Part shown: positions 51,423-59,404 of the stretch, one piece after another
Position numbering within the stretch: position 1 is the first letter of the stretch
How the letters are laid out: each line of letters begins with the position of its first letter
Source of the DNA: Terrimicrobiaceae bacterium
GTDB lineage: Bacteria; Verrucomicrobiota; Verrucomicrobiia; Chthoniobacterales; Terrimicrobiaceae
DNA: 59,404 nucleotides
Assembly: GCA_044342325.1 (NCBI GenBank)
Contig: JBIIPZ010000018.1
Span: 1-59,404 of the forward strand
Reading direction: 5' to 3'
The notes under the pieces: model-generated
Seen by the model: only the letters and a program-made list of their open reading frames with translations
Told to the model about the DNA's origin: nothing
Databases searched by the model: none
Made by a program: the position numbers and the translations under genes

Positions 51423-52544
51423 GTGCGGAATCGGAATCTGTTAGCCATCATTCTCTGCGTCGGGGGCTTCTTGCTAACTCCCGCCGCAATGCGCGGACAG
51501 ACGAGCGACGAAGAGAAAAAGCGCCTATTCCTTCAAGCGCGGGAGCAAATCCAACCCGTCAGCAAGCCGACTCCCTCCGCCACGCCACGCCCCAAGCCCA
51601 AACCCGCAGCGACTCCATCCTCAAAAACTAAGTCGAAACCCAAAGCCTCCCCTACTCCGCGCAAATCCCAATCAGCCACGAAGAAGCCGAGTCCCAAGCC
51701 CACTCCGGATAAAAGCGAGGATTCCGTAGTCTCGGAAGAGCCGAAATCCGAAACGCCCGTGGATGTCAAAACGGAGAAATCTGAATCAGACGACTACATT
51801 TTGATTCCAGGCGAGGAGGCTTCAACGGTGAAACCCACGCCGACGGCCACACCAGCGAAGAATTTGGAGGAGGATAAGCCGGAAAAAACGACCCTGCCCG
51901 TTACGCCACAGGTTCCCAAAGGAAAAACGCCCGCTGGCAGGCCGCTCGACGCACCGATTCTCATAGAAAAGTCAGGTCTTCAAGAGGAGGCAGGTTACGA
52001 GCCGCCTACGAAGCCGGCATTCGGCGGGTTCATGAAGCGCTACCGCTACCTGTCGCCGGCTGTCCGCAAAGCGATCGATAGCGCAAAGGTCCAACGCGGT
52101 CGCTGGAAATACATCATAGTGCACAATAGCGGAACCAGACAGGGAAACGCCCGCATTTTTGATAACTACCACCGCAAAGTGCGCAAGATGCAGAATGGAC
52201 TCGCGTATCATTTTGTGATCGGAAACGGAAAATCCTCGGGAAATGGCCAAATCGAAATCGGCAACCGCTGGACTCGCCAGATCAACGGTGGACATGTCGC
52301 AAGCGACTACCTCAACGACATCTCACTGGGCATCTGCCTCGTTGGCGATTTGAACCGTGACCTCCCTACCAAAGATCAACTTGCGGCCCTCGACGAACTC
52401 TGCAGCTACCTCCGCGACCGCGTCGGAAAAGTCAAAGGCCGCCCGGCGATTGTCAAAGGCCACAAGGAAATCAACCCCAAGCCGACCGATTGTCCCGGCG
52501 ACCGCTTCCCGCTCGGATGGCTCCGCAAGCGCTTCGGAGGCTGA
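51423..52544 (+). CDS. N-acetylmuramoyl-L-alanine amidase (Amidase_2/PGRP-like) with signal peptide and Pro/Lys/Thr-rich linker
   Basis: WKYIIVHNSGT, LAYHFVIGNG, GICLVG, GHKEI...TDCPG. Confidence 0.85.
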   Translation: MRNRNLLAIILCVGGFLLTPAAMRGQTSDEEKKRLFLQAREQIQPVSKPTPSATPRPKPKPAATPSSKTKSKPKASPTPRKSQSATKKPSPKPTPDKSEDSVVSEEPKSETPVDVKTEKSESDDYILIPGEEASTVKPTPTATPAKNLEEDKPEKTTLPVTPQVPKGKTPAGRPLDAPILIEKSGLQEEAGYEPPTKPAFGGFMKRYRYLSPAVRKAIDSAKVQRGRWKYIIVHNSGTRQGNARIFDNYHRKVRKMQNGLAYHFVIGNGKSSGNGQIEIGNRWTRQINGGHVASDYLNDISLGICLVGDLNRDLPTKDQLAALDELCSYLRDRVGKVKGRPAIVKGHKEINPKPTDCPGDRFPLGWLRKRFGG

Positions 52545-52556
52545 TCGAGGTTTCGC

Positions 52557-53723
52557 ATGCGCGATCTTTTTCTTTGGTTTGTGGCAGGCGAGGAGAGTGG
52601 CGATGCACGCGCTGTGGAGGTCATGCAAGCCATCAAAGCGCAACACCCGTCCGTGATCTTCGGAGGCGCTGGCGGCAACGCCATGCAGAAGTTGTGCGAA
52701 CAGCAATTCGACAACTGGGTGCAGCAAGCGGCTGTAACCGGTTTGTGGGATGTTTTGAAAAACTACGGCTACTTCAGGCAAAAGTTCCACGCGATGCTGG
52801 CCGCCATCCGCGAAAAAAAACCAGACGCTGTCGTGCTCGTCGATTATCCCGGCTTCAACCTTCGCCTCGCGCGAACACTCAGAAATACCGGCTACCAAGG
52901 CAAAATTCTCTACTACATTAGCCCCCAGGTCTGGGCATGGAACCGGGGGCGCATCCCGAAGATGGCGCGTTTCCTGGATCTCATGATCTGCGTCTTTCCC
53001 TTCGAGGCTCCGATGTATCAGGCCAGCGGACTGCACACCGTCTTCGTAGGACATCCCCTGCTGGAAGCCCTCGCAGCCAAGCGCGGGGGGATCCATCGCG
53101 AACCGAATTTGCTCGGACTTTTTCCAGGCAGCAGGGAACGCGAAGTGAAACGGAATTTTCCAGTGATGCTCGAGGCGGCTCGTTTGGTGGCCGAGAAAAT
53201 GCCAGGCATCCGCTTCGAAGCCTCGGCCGCAGGCAGCGCACGCGCCGAAAGCATGCGCAAGTTGGCCGCCGGATTTCCCGTCGAAATCCGCGAGGGTAAC
53301 GCCCACGAACTAATGCAACGCGCCACGGCAGGCATCGTCTGCTCCGGAACAGCAACGCTGGAGGCTGCCTTTTTTGGCCTACCCTACTGCCTTATCTACA
53401 AAACAGCCTGGCTCACATTCGAAATCGGCAAACGGCTTGTAGATGTCAACGCGCTGGGAATCGTCAATATCCTGAACAACTACCGCCTGAACCCTCCCGA
53501 AAATCCGGCCCTACCTGCCAAGCCCGCTCCCCATCTCGTTCGGGAATTCATCCAAAACGACGCCGCACCGGAAGCCCTCGCCAAAGAATCCCTCCGTCTC
53601 CTACAAAGCGAATCCACCCGCGAAAAACTCCGCTCCCAACTCACCACCATCACCTCCCTGCTCAAAGCCGAAGGCGCCAGCGAACGAAGCGCAACCACCC
53701 TGCTCCGCAGCCTACAGGCTTAA
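52557..53723 (+). CDS. lpxB: Lipid-A-disaccharide synthase
   Basis: VAGEESGD, VDYPGFN, YYISPQVWAW, FVGHPL, PGSR, SGTATLE. Confidence 0.95.
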   Translation: MRDLFLWFVAGEESGDARAVEVMQAIKAQHPSVIFGGAGGNAMQKLCEQQFDNWVQQAAVTGLWDVLKNYGYFRQKFHAMLAAIREKKPDAVVLVDYPGFNLRLARTLRNTGYQGKILYYISPQVWAWNRGRIPKMARFLDLMICVFPFEAPMYQASGLHTVFVGHPLLEALAAKRGGIHREPNLLGLFPGSREREVKRNFPVMLEAARLVAEKMPGIRFEASAAGSARAESMRKLAAGFPVEIREGNAHELMQRATAGIVCSGTATLEAAFFGLPYCLIYKTAWLTFEIGKRLVDVNALGIVNILNNYRLNPPENPALPAKPAPHLVREFIQNDAAPEALAKESLRLLQSESTREKLRSQLTTITSLLKAEGASERSATTLLRSLQA

Positions 53724-53756
53724 CCAAAAAAATGAACGATCGTTCATTTTTTTGGT
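53723..53756. repeat. 34-bp palindromic repeat, copy 4 (perfect palindrome)
   Basis: ACCAAAAAAATGAACGATCGTTCATTTTTTTGGT; begins within the lpxB stop codon. Confidence 0.9.
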
Positions 53757-53833
53757 CTTTTATAAAACATTATTGGCCAGTTTTATGTGTTTTATTTTTC
53801 TTTTTTTCGAAAGTATTTTTGGCCCCATTTTGA

Positions 53834-53867
53834 ACCAAAAATTTGGACGATCGTCCAAATTTTTGGT
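53834..53867. repeat. 34-bp palindromic repeat, copy 5 (perfect; extends to 38 bp, 53832-53869)
   Basis: ACCAAAAATTTGGACGATCGTCCAAATTTTTGGT; starts 111 bp after copy 4. Confidence 0.9.
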
Positions 53868-53911
53868 TCGCGCTGGGGAGGTTGAACTGTGCGCAGGAGA
53901 AGTTGGTTTTA

Positions 53912-56629
53912 TTACGCGAGGCGGAGGACGAGTTTAAGGGCATCGGCTCGCACGGTGGCGGATTCTATGGCTTCGAGGAGTGAAGTTTTGAGGGTTTGAA
54001 GTGCTTCGATTTCGCCGGGGCGGATGTGGTTGTTGATGAGTCGCAGGTCTTCGAGGCGTTCGATTTCGGCTGTGATTTGATCCGAGGCTTTTTGGCGGGC
54101 GGTTTGGATGATGGCTTCCTTGCGGGCGGCGGCGAATTCGGATGCCTTGGCGAGCATGGAGGGAAGATGCTTTTTCTTGAAGACGGGAGTGTCGAGGAGC
54201 GTGAAGACATCGCCTGTTTCTAGGACTGCGTTGCGGAATTCGTCATCGTCGCCGCAATCTTTGAGAGACTGATCGACTACAATTCGCAGGGGTGTCGCAG
54301 GGAGGAAGCGGTCGGCATGCAAGGATGGTGGGGCGATGGATTCGATGACGAAGTGGGCTTCGAGAAGGATTCCATCAGCTTGAGCGGATTTCCAAACACT
54401 GAAAACCGAGTTGCCGGTTTCCATTCCGAGGATGGCATCAAGGGCTGCGAGAACGAGTGGGTGGTCGGGGGTGACGAAGCCGATGTCTTCGCGGGATAGG
54501 GCGCGACTGCGTTGGAAGGTCACCATCGTTCCCTCGGCGGCGAGACCGGGAAGTGTGGCGGTTTGGGATCCACCGCTCTTGAGCAGATAACTCCGCAGGC
54601 CGAGTTCCTCAACCTGAACTCCTAAATGGTCGAGCATTCGGATGAAGAAGGATTCGTAGTCGGAATCGGCATCTTGGCGCTGAATGGCCTCGATGAGTGG
54701 TTTTGCGATTTCCGGGCGGTTGGAGTTGAGTTCGAGAAGCCGATCGTGGCCGCCTTGCAGGCGTTTGGTGATTTTTTTGGCTTCAGCCGAGGTTTCCTTA
54801 ATGAGGGTGGCCAATTCAGCAGGCGTGAAATTTTCAGCGACAGCTTGGATTTTTTCTCCAAATCGAAGCATGAGGTCGGAGGCACCATGGGGAATTTTCT
54901 GAAAGGCGTCGAGCGCCTCGTGATACCAGTGGGCGAGCACATGGGCGCGCGTGCCTTCCTCGAACGGAACATGGATATGGATTGTCGATGTCTGGCCGAT
55001 ACGGTCGAGGCGGCCGATGCGTTGTTCCAGCAGCTCGGGGTTGTCAGGCAGGTCGAACAGGACGAGGTGGTGGGCGAATTGAAAATTGCGTCCCTCGCTG
55101 CCGATTTCGGAGCAAATGAGCAAGCGGGCGCCGTCCTCCTCGGCGAAGTAGGCGGCGTTGCGGTCGCGCTGGAGGAGGGTGAGTCCCTCGTGGAAGACGG
55201 CCGCGGCGATTTTGATCTCCTTCTGGAGGCTGTTCAGAATATCGGTGGCCGTATCCGGCGATTTACAAATCACGAGAACCTTTTGCTTCTTGAGTTCCTT
55301 GAGGAGGGCGATCAACCAACGAATCTTTGCGGCAGATTCGTTCGGCTCGGGAGCCAGCGGGGCCAAGTGGGCCTTGCGTTTCGGGAAGCCAGAGAGGGCG
55401 GCGCGGGTGTTTCGGAAAATAACTCTCCCCGTGCCGTATTCGTCGAGCAGCGCCGCAACCACCCGGTCGCGCGCGGAGACATCACCCGCCAAGAATTCAG
55501 CATAGTGACCAGCTACTCGCGTGCCTTTAAAAATCGAGGTGTTGGGGATTTTCTTTCCCGCCAGCAAGGCGTCGATGGATTTTGCGACGGACTCGTAGTG
55601 GTCGGATTCCTTGAGAAAGACATCCAGGTCATCGTAGCGGTTTGGGTCGAGAAGGCGGAGGCGCGCAAAATGGCCTTCCATGCCGAGTTGTTGTGGGGTC
55701 GCGGTGAGAAGAAGAAGCGAGGATGCGGCGACAGCGAGGGATTCGACGAGCTGATATTCCAGCCCGGCTTCTTTCGGCGACCATTGGAGATGGTGTGCCT
55801 CGTCCACGACCAAGAGATCCCACCCGGCCTCGCGCGCTTGAGCGGCTCGCTTCGGGTTTTTCGAGAGAAAATCGAGCGCACAAATGACAAGCTGGCTGTC
55901 GAGAAAGGGATTGGCTCCCTCGAGTTCGAGCGAGGCGCAGCGGTCTTCATCAAAAATGCTGAAGGACATCTGGAACCGGCGGAACATTTCCACGAACCAC
56001 TGGTTGAGCAGCGCGGGAGGCAGGAGAATCAGGATGCGACCAGCTCGGCCTGTGATGTGCAGGCGATGCAGGATAAGACCGGCTTCGATGGTTTTTCCAA
56101 GACCCACCTCATCTGCAAGAAGGACACGGGGATTCATACGGGAGGAGACATCGGCAGCGATGGAAATCTGGTGTGGAATGAGGTCCACGCGTCCACCGGC
56201 AAAGCCGCGCACTGGGCTTTGGCGCATCTCACGGCGGCGGTGGAGACACTCCACACGGAGTTTGAAACGCTCAAGTTCATCGACCTGTCCAGCGAGGAGA
56301 CGGTCTTCAGGTTTCGAAAAAGTGATATTATCGGAAAGCTCCGCCTCGGCGACATCCCTCGACCCACAGCGATAGGTCAGCAGACCACCGGCATCGGTTA
56401 TGGAGTCCACATGGAGGCTCTCGCCGGAGTGTGTGCGGACGGAGTCACCCTCCTTGAAGGCGACACGCCGAACGGGTGCGCTGCCAAGTGCGTATTGGCG
56501 GTGCTCGCCTGCGGCGGGGAAAAAAATCTCGGCCCGGCCAAACTCGCTCTTCAGAACAATTCCGAGTCCAAGCTCGGGTTCGGTATCGCTGACCCAGCGT
56601 TGACCGGGGACTGGAGTGATTTTGCTCAT
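53912..56629 (-). CDS. rapA: RNA polymerase-associated SNF2-family ATPase RapA
   Basis: PGQRWVSDTEPELGLG, LADEVGLGKT, VDEAHH, LTATP, SEIGSEGRNFQ, EQRIGRLDRIGQ, DRLLELNS. Confidence 0.93.
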   Translation of the reverse strand: MSKITPVPGQRWVSDTEPELGLGIVLKSEFGRAEIFFPAAGEHRQYALGSAPVRRVAFKEGDSVRTHSGESLHVDSITDAGGLLTYRCGSRDVAEAELSDNITFSKPEDRLLAGQVDELERFKLRVECLHRRREMRQSPVRGFAGGRVDLIPHQISIAADVSSRMNPRVLLADEVGLGKTIEAGLILHRLHITGRAGRILILLPPALLNQWFVEMFRRFQMSFSIFDEDRCASLELEGANPFLDSQLVICALDFLSKNPKRAAQAREAGWDLLVVDEAHHLQWSPKEAGLEYQLVESLAVAASSLLLLTATPQQLGMEGHFARLRLLDPNRYDDLDVFLKESDHYESVAKSIDALLAGKKIPNTSIFKGTRVAGHYAEFLAGDVSARDRVVAALLDEYGTGRVIFRNTRAALSGFPKRKAHLAPLAPEPNESAAKIRWLIALLKELKKQKVLVICKSPDTATDILNSLQKEIKIAAAVFHEGLTLLQRDRNAAYFAEEDGARLLICSEIGSEGRNFQFAHHLVLFDLPDNPELLEQRIGRLDRIGQTSTIHIHVPFEEGTRAHVLAHWYHEALDAFQKIPHGASDLMLRFGEKIQAVAENFTPAELATLIKETSAEAKKITKRLQGGHDRLLELNSNRPEIAKPLIEAIQRQDADSDYESFFIRMLDHLGVQVEELGLRSYLLKSGGSQTATLPGLAAEGTMVTFQRSRALSREDIGFVTPDHPLVLAALDAILGMETGNSVFSVWKSAQADGILLEAHFVIESIAPPSLHADRFLPATPLRIVVDQSLKDCGDDDEFRNAVLETGDVFTLLDTPVFKKKHLPSMLAKASEFAAARKEAIIQTARQKASDQITAEIERLEDLRLINNHIRPGEIEALQTLKTSLLEAIESATVRADALKLVLRLA

Positions 56630-58512
56630 AATGCAGAAAGTTCCTCCCAGCGTGCGTAGAGGCGTTCGATCTCAGCGCGGGCGGATTCAAGTTTGGAAAT
56701 GGTTTCTTTTGCCTCTGTGGCGTGCTCGGCGTGGAAGTTCGGATCGTTGAGAAGGCTCTCCAGTGCGCCTGCCGCCTGTTCGGCTTCGAGGATTGTTCGC
56801 TCCATTCCTTCCAGTTCGGCTTTTTCCTTGTAGGTCAGCTTACGGCCGGCGGGTGCTGATGCGGATGGCGCCTTGGAGGACGGCTCCTCGAATGAGCGAC
56901 CGATATTTTTGTAATGCTTCTCGCGATCTTTTTTCTTCTCCAGGTAGTAGGAATAATTCCCCGACTGGATGTGGATGCCACCACCCTCGAATGCGACGAT
57001 CTGGTCGCAGATGCGGTCTAGGAAATAGCGGTCGTGGCTGACCACTAAGACTGTCCCGTCGAAGACTGCGAGCGCTTCTTCGAGCATTCGGAGGCTGCTG
57101 AGGTCTAGATCGTTTGTGGGTTCATCGAGGACGATCACATTGCCGCCCCGGCAGAGTGTCTTTGCGAGCATGAGGCGCGCCCGCTCTCCGCCAGAGAGCT
57201 TGTCCACACGCTCGTTCACGCGGGATTCATCGAACAAAAACCGTCGCAGGTAGGACCTCACCGTGAGCATTTGCGTGCCGAACTTGACCATGCCGCTGGT
57301 GCCGCCGATTTCTTCCATCACGGTGCCGAGGCCATTGAGTTGGGCGCGGCTTTGATCAATGTAGTTGAAAACAACTCGCTTTCCGACCGTCGCGCTACCT
57401 TCGCTAGGTTCCTGTTGGCCGAGACAGATGCGAAGGAGTGTGGTTTTGCCAACGCCATTTCGCCCGACAATGCCAGTGCACTGGCCGGGGCGGAGTGAAA
57501 GATCCAGATTGCGAAAGAGCCATCGCTTGGAATCGCCAAGCGGGAGCGAGACGCCTGCATTCACAAGTTCCACAGCTGTATTGCCGATCTCGGGAGCTGG
57601 AGGAATGAGAAGGTCCATTTCCCGCTCTTCCGGCGGGGCGCTCTGACCGGCGACTTGGTAGAACGACTCCAGCCGGTGTTTGGATTTTGAGCGCTGGGCG
57701 CGGACACCGGCGCGGACATATTCGAGTTCGGCCTTGATGAATCGTTGGCGACGACGCTCGGATTGCTCCACGATTTGCTGCCGGAGGGCCTTGGATTCCA
57801 GATAAGCGGTGTAATTTCCCGGATGCGAGAACGCCTGGCCAAAGCTGATTTCGACGATGCGAGTGGCGATGGTTTCCAGAAAATAGCGATCGTGCGTCAC
57901 AAAGATGATCGCGCCGGGGAAGCTTTGGAGAAAACCTTCAAGCCAGTCGATGGACTCGGCATCGAGATGGTTTGTGGGTTCATCCAGAAGCAGGAGGTCA
58001 GGCTGGGATGCTAGCGCGCGGCAGAGTGCGACGCGGCGCTTTTCACCACCAGAAAGTGGCCCGACCAAGGCATCAAGGGGAGGAGCGTCCAGCGAACCGG
58101 CAAGGGATTTGATGCGGGTCTCGAGGTTCCATCCATCCGCGTGCTGGATGAGGTCGAGCAGTTCGTGAAGCTCTGCATCGCTCCCCTCGCCGCTTTCGTA
58201 GCGGCGCATCCACTCCACGAGATCAGCAGCACCGGACTCGATGTTCTCAAGAACGGTTCGCGTGGGATCGAGTTCGAATTCCTGCGGAAGGTAGCCGGTG
58301 CGAAGCCCACGGCGGCGGGAGATTTCCCCCGAGTCGGGATCGTTCGCGCCGGCGAGGATTTTGAGGAGGCTTGTCTTGCCGCAGCCGTTGCGGCCGACGA
58401 GGCCGACTTTTTCACCGGGAGCAACGGTGAGCGTGACTCCGTTGAGGAGGACATGATTGCCGTAGGCGAGTTTGATTTCCTGAGCGGAGAGGAGAGATGG
58501 GATTGCGGACAT
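56626..58512 (-). CDS. ABC-F family ATPase (Uup-like)
   Basis: Two ABC domains (GRNGCGKT/LSGGE/LDEPTN; GRNGVGKT/LSGGE/LDEPTN); C-terminal KLTYKE...LYARWEEL coiled coil. Confidence 0.9.
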   Translation of the reverse strand: MSAIPSLLSAQEIKLAYGNHVLLNGVTLTVAPGEKVGLVGRNGCGKTSLLKILAGANDPDSGEISRRRGLRTGYLPQEFELDPTRTVLENIESGAADLVEWMRRYESGEGSDAELHELLDLIQHADGWNLETRIKSLAGSLDAPPLDALVGPLSGGEKRRVALCRALASQPDLLLLDEPTNHLDAESIDWLEGFLQSFPGAIIFVTHDRYFLETIATRIVEISFGQAFSHPGNYTAYLESKALRQQIVEQSERRRQRFIKAELEYVRAGVRAQRSKSKHRLESFYQVAGQSAPPEEREMDLLIPPAPEIGNTAVELVNAGVSLPLGDSKRWLFRNLDLSLRPGQCTGIVGRNGVGKTTLLRICLGQQEPSEGSATVGKRVVFNYIDQSRAQLNGLGTVMEEIGGTSGMVKFGTQMLTVRSYLRRFLFDESRVNERVDKLSGGERARLMLAKTLCRGGNVIVLDEPTNDLDLSSLRMLEEALAVFDGTVLVVSHDRYFLDRICDQIVAFEGGGIHIQSGNYSYYLEKKKDREKHYKNIGRSFEEPSSKAPSASAPAGRKLTYKEKAELEGMERTILEAEQAAGALESLLNDPNFHAEHATEAKETISKLESARAEIERLYARWEELSAL

Positions 58513-58576
58513 TAGAAGGAGTGAGAAAGCAGAGGCGCAGGAAGGAAGCCTGCGTGACATCTTTTAGACACGGACA

Positions 58577-59020
58577 TCAGAACGAGAAGATGTCCGGGGT
58601 ATTGAAGGCATTTTCGATCTGCCGGATTTCGCGAGTCGGGCCCATGACGACCTCAACGATGTCGAACCTGTAAGTGATATCTGGCATGTCGAGCATGCGG
58701 AGCCATTTCATTGCGCCGCGAATAATGAGGCTGCGTTTTTTTTCGTCAACCGCATCCGAAGGGCGTCCGAAGTCCTCGATCGACCGGGTCTTGACTTCCA
58801 CAAAAACAAGTTCCCCATGGCGCTTGTCGCGACAAACGATATCGACCTCGCCACCATGTGGAGCGCGGAAATTGCGGTAGAGGATTTTGTGCCCGTGCCG
58901 CTGAAGATAGGCGGCGGCGAGGTCTTCTCCTGCATTGCCGAGGGCGATGTGTGCCGCCTCACCAGAGTTCGGCTTGTGCAACCGGCGCAAAACTTCGGCG
59001 ATGGATGGGACAAGGGCCAT
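58577..59020 (-). CDS. yraN: YraN-family endonuclease (UPF0102)
   Basis: LGNAGEDLAA.YL, RNFR, GEVDIV, LVFVEVKTR, RFDIVEV. Confidence 0.9.
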   Translation of the reverse strand: MALVPSIAEVLRRLHKPNSGEAAHIALGNAGEDLAAAYLQRHGHKILYRNFRAPHGGEVDIVCRDKRHGELVFVEVKTRSIEDFGRPSDAVDEKKRSLIIRGAMKWLRMLDMPDITYRFDIVEVVMGPTREIRQIENAFNTPDIFSF

Positions 59021-59404
59021 GAGTGCGGAGTTTGGCAAAGTGTTCGCGCGTTGGGTAGCCTTTATGCTTGGCAAAACCATACTCCGGATAGAGCCCGTCG
59101 CACTCGAGCATGATGCGGTCACGCTCGACTTTGGCAATGATGCTGGCTGCAGCGATGCTGAGGCTTATACCATCGCCGCCAACCAGCGCGGTTTGGGGGC
59201 ACGGAAAATTGCGAACCGGCAACCCATCGATCAGGGCATGGGCGGGGCGAGGGAACAGTTGTTCGACCACTGCGCGCATCCCGGAGTGCGTTGCGCCGAG
59301 GATATTCAAGCGGTCGATTTCCTGCGGGGAGATTGCGATGGAAGTCCAGCGAATTTCGGGATTCGTCGTGATCTCGGCGTAGAGTCGTTCTCGGGCGTTG
59401 GCGG
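58959..59404 (-). CDS. rnhB: Ribonuclease HII (5' part outside the window)
   Basis: EIDRLNILGAT, LIDG, GGDG.SLSIAAASIIAKVERD, YGFAKHKGYPT, PIHRRSF. Confidence 0.95.
   Translation of the reverse strand, partial: ANARERLYAEITTNPEIRWTSIAISPQEIDRLNILGATHSGMRAVVEQLFPRPAHALIDGLPVRNFPCPQTALVGGDGISLSIAAASIIAKVERDRIMLECDGLYPEYGFAKHKGYPTREHFAKLRTHGPCPIHRRSFAPVAQAELW

Noticed and set aside
51560..51930. Low-complexity KPTP-type repeats
   Set aside because: Ordinary Pro/Lys/Thr linker in a secreted amidase.
53723..53867. Simple bidirectional intrinsic terminators
   Set aside because: They might terminate transcription, but they lack a GC-rich stem, a copy also lies in a divergent promoter region (39998), and termination alone does not explain the fixed 111-bp doublets.
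54626..56659. 677-aa + strand ORF
   Set aside because: Antisense shadow of rapA with no recognisable motifs.

Overview
Bacterial DNA, probably from a Verrucomicrobiota (Chthoniobacterales/Spartobacteria-like) genome; this is inferred from gene content and style, not verified. The window has three parts. (1) 1-18.9 kb is a partly decayed carbohydrate-utilisation island: a GH63/MGH1-like hydrolase, several large uncharacterised CAZyme-like proteins, a deacetylase, an MFS transporter, an NHL protein, a three-domain MocD-MocE-reductase fusion with a divergent AraC regulator, a frameshifted GntR/solute-binding regulator, an SDR and a 5'-truncated RraA-family gene. (2) 18.9-22.6 kb is a photolyase/DUF2256 cluster bracketed by several families of REP-like palindromes. 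(3) 22.6-59.4 kb is mostly core genes (tilS, serS, cbpA-like, pepF, glgP, trpD, argCJB, gltX, thiL, pyrG, queH, cimA, maf, ruvX, truA, lpxB, rapA, ABC-F, yraN, rnhB) plus a small arsR-DUF6428-arsC-aquaporin operon. The standout is an orphan PaaX-family gene with a Cas2-like central domain (40067-40828), flanked by copies of a 34-bp palindrome (ACCAAAAATTTGGACGATCGTCCAAATTTTTGGT). The palindrome forms doublets with identical 111-bp periodicity both beside the gene and at a gene-free site 13 kb away. This resembles the RAYT/REPIN architecture but has a different protein at its centre. All product calls come from visual motif recognition; no database searches were run.
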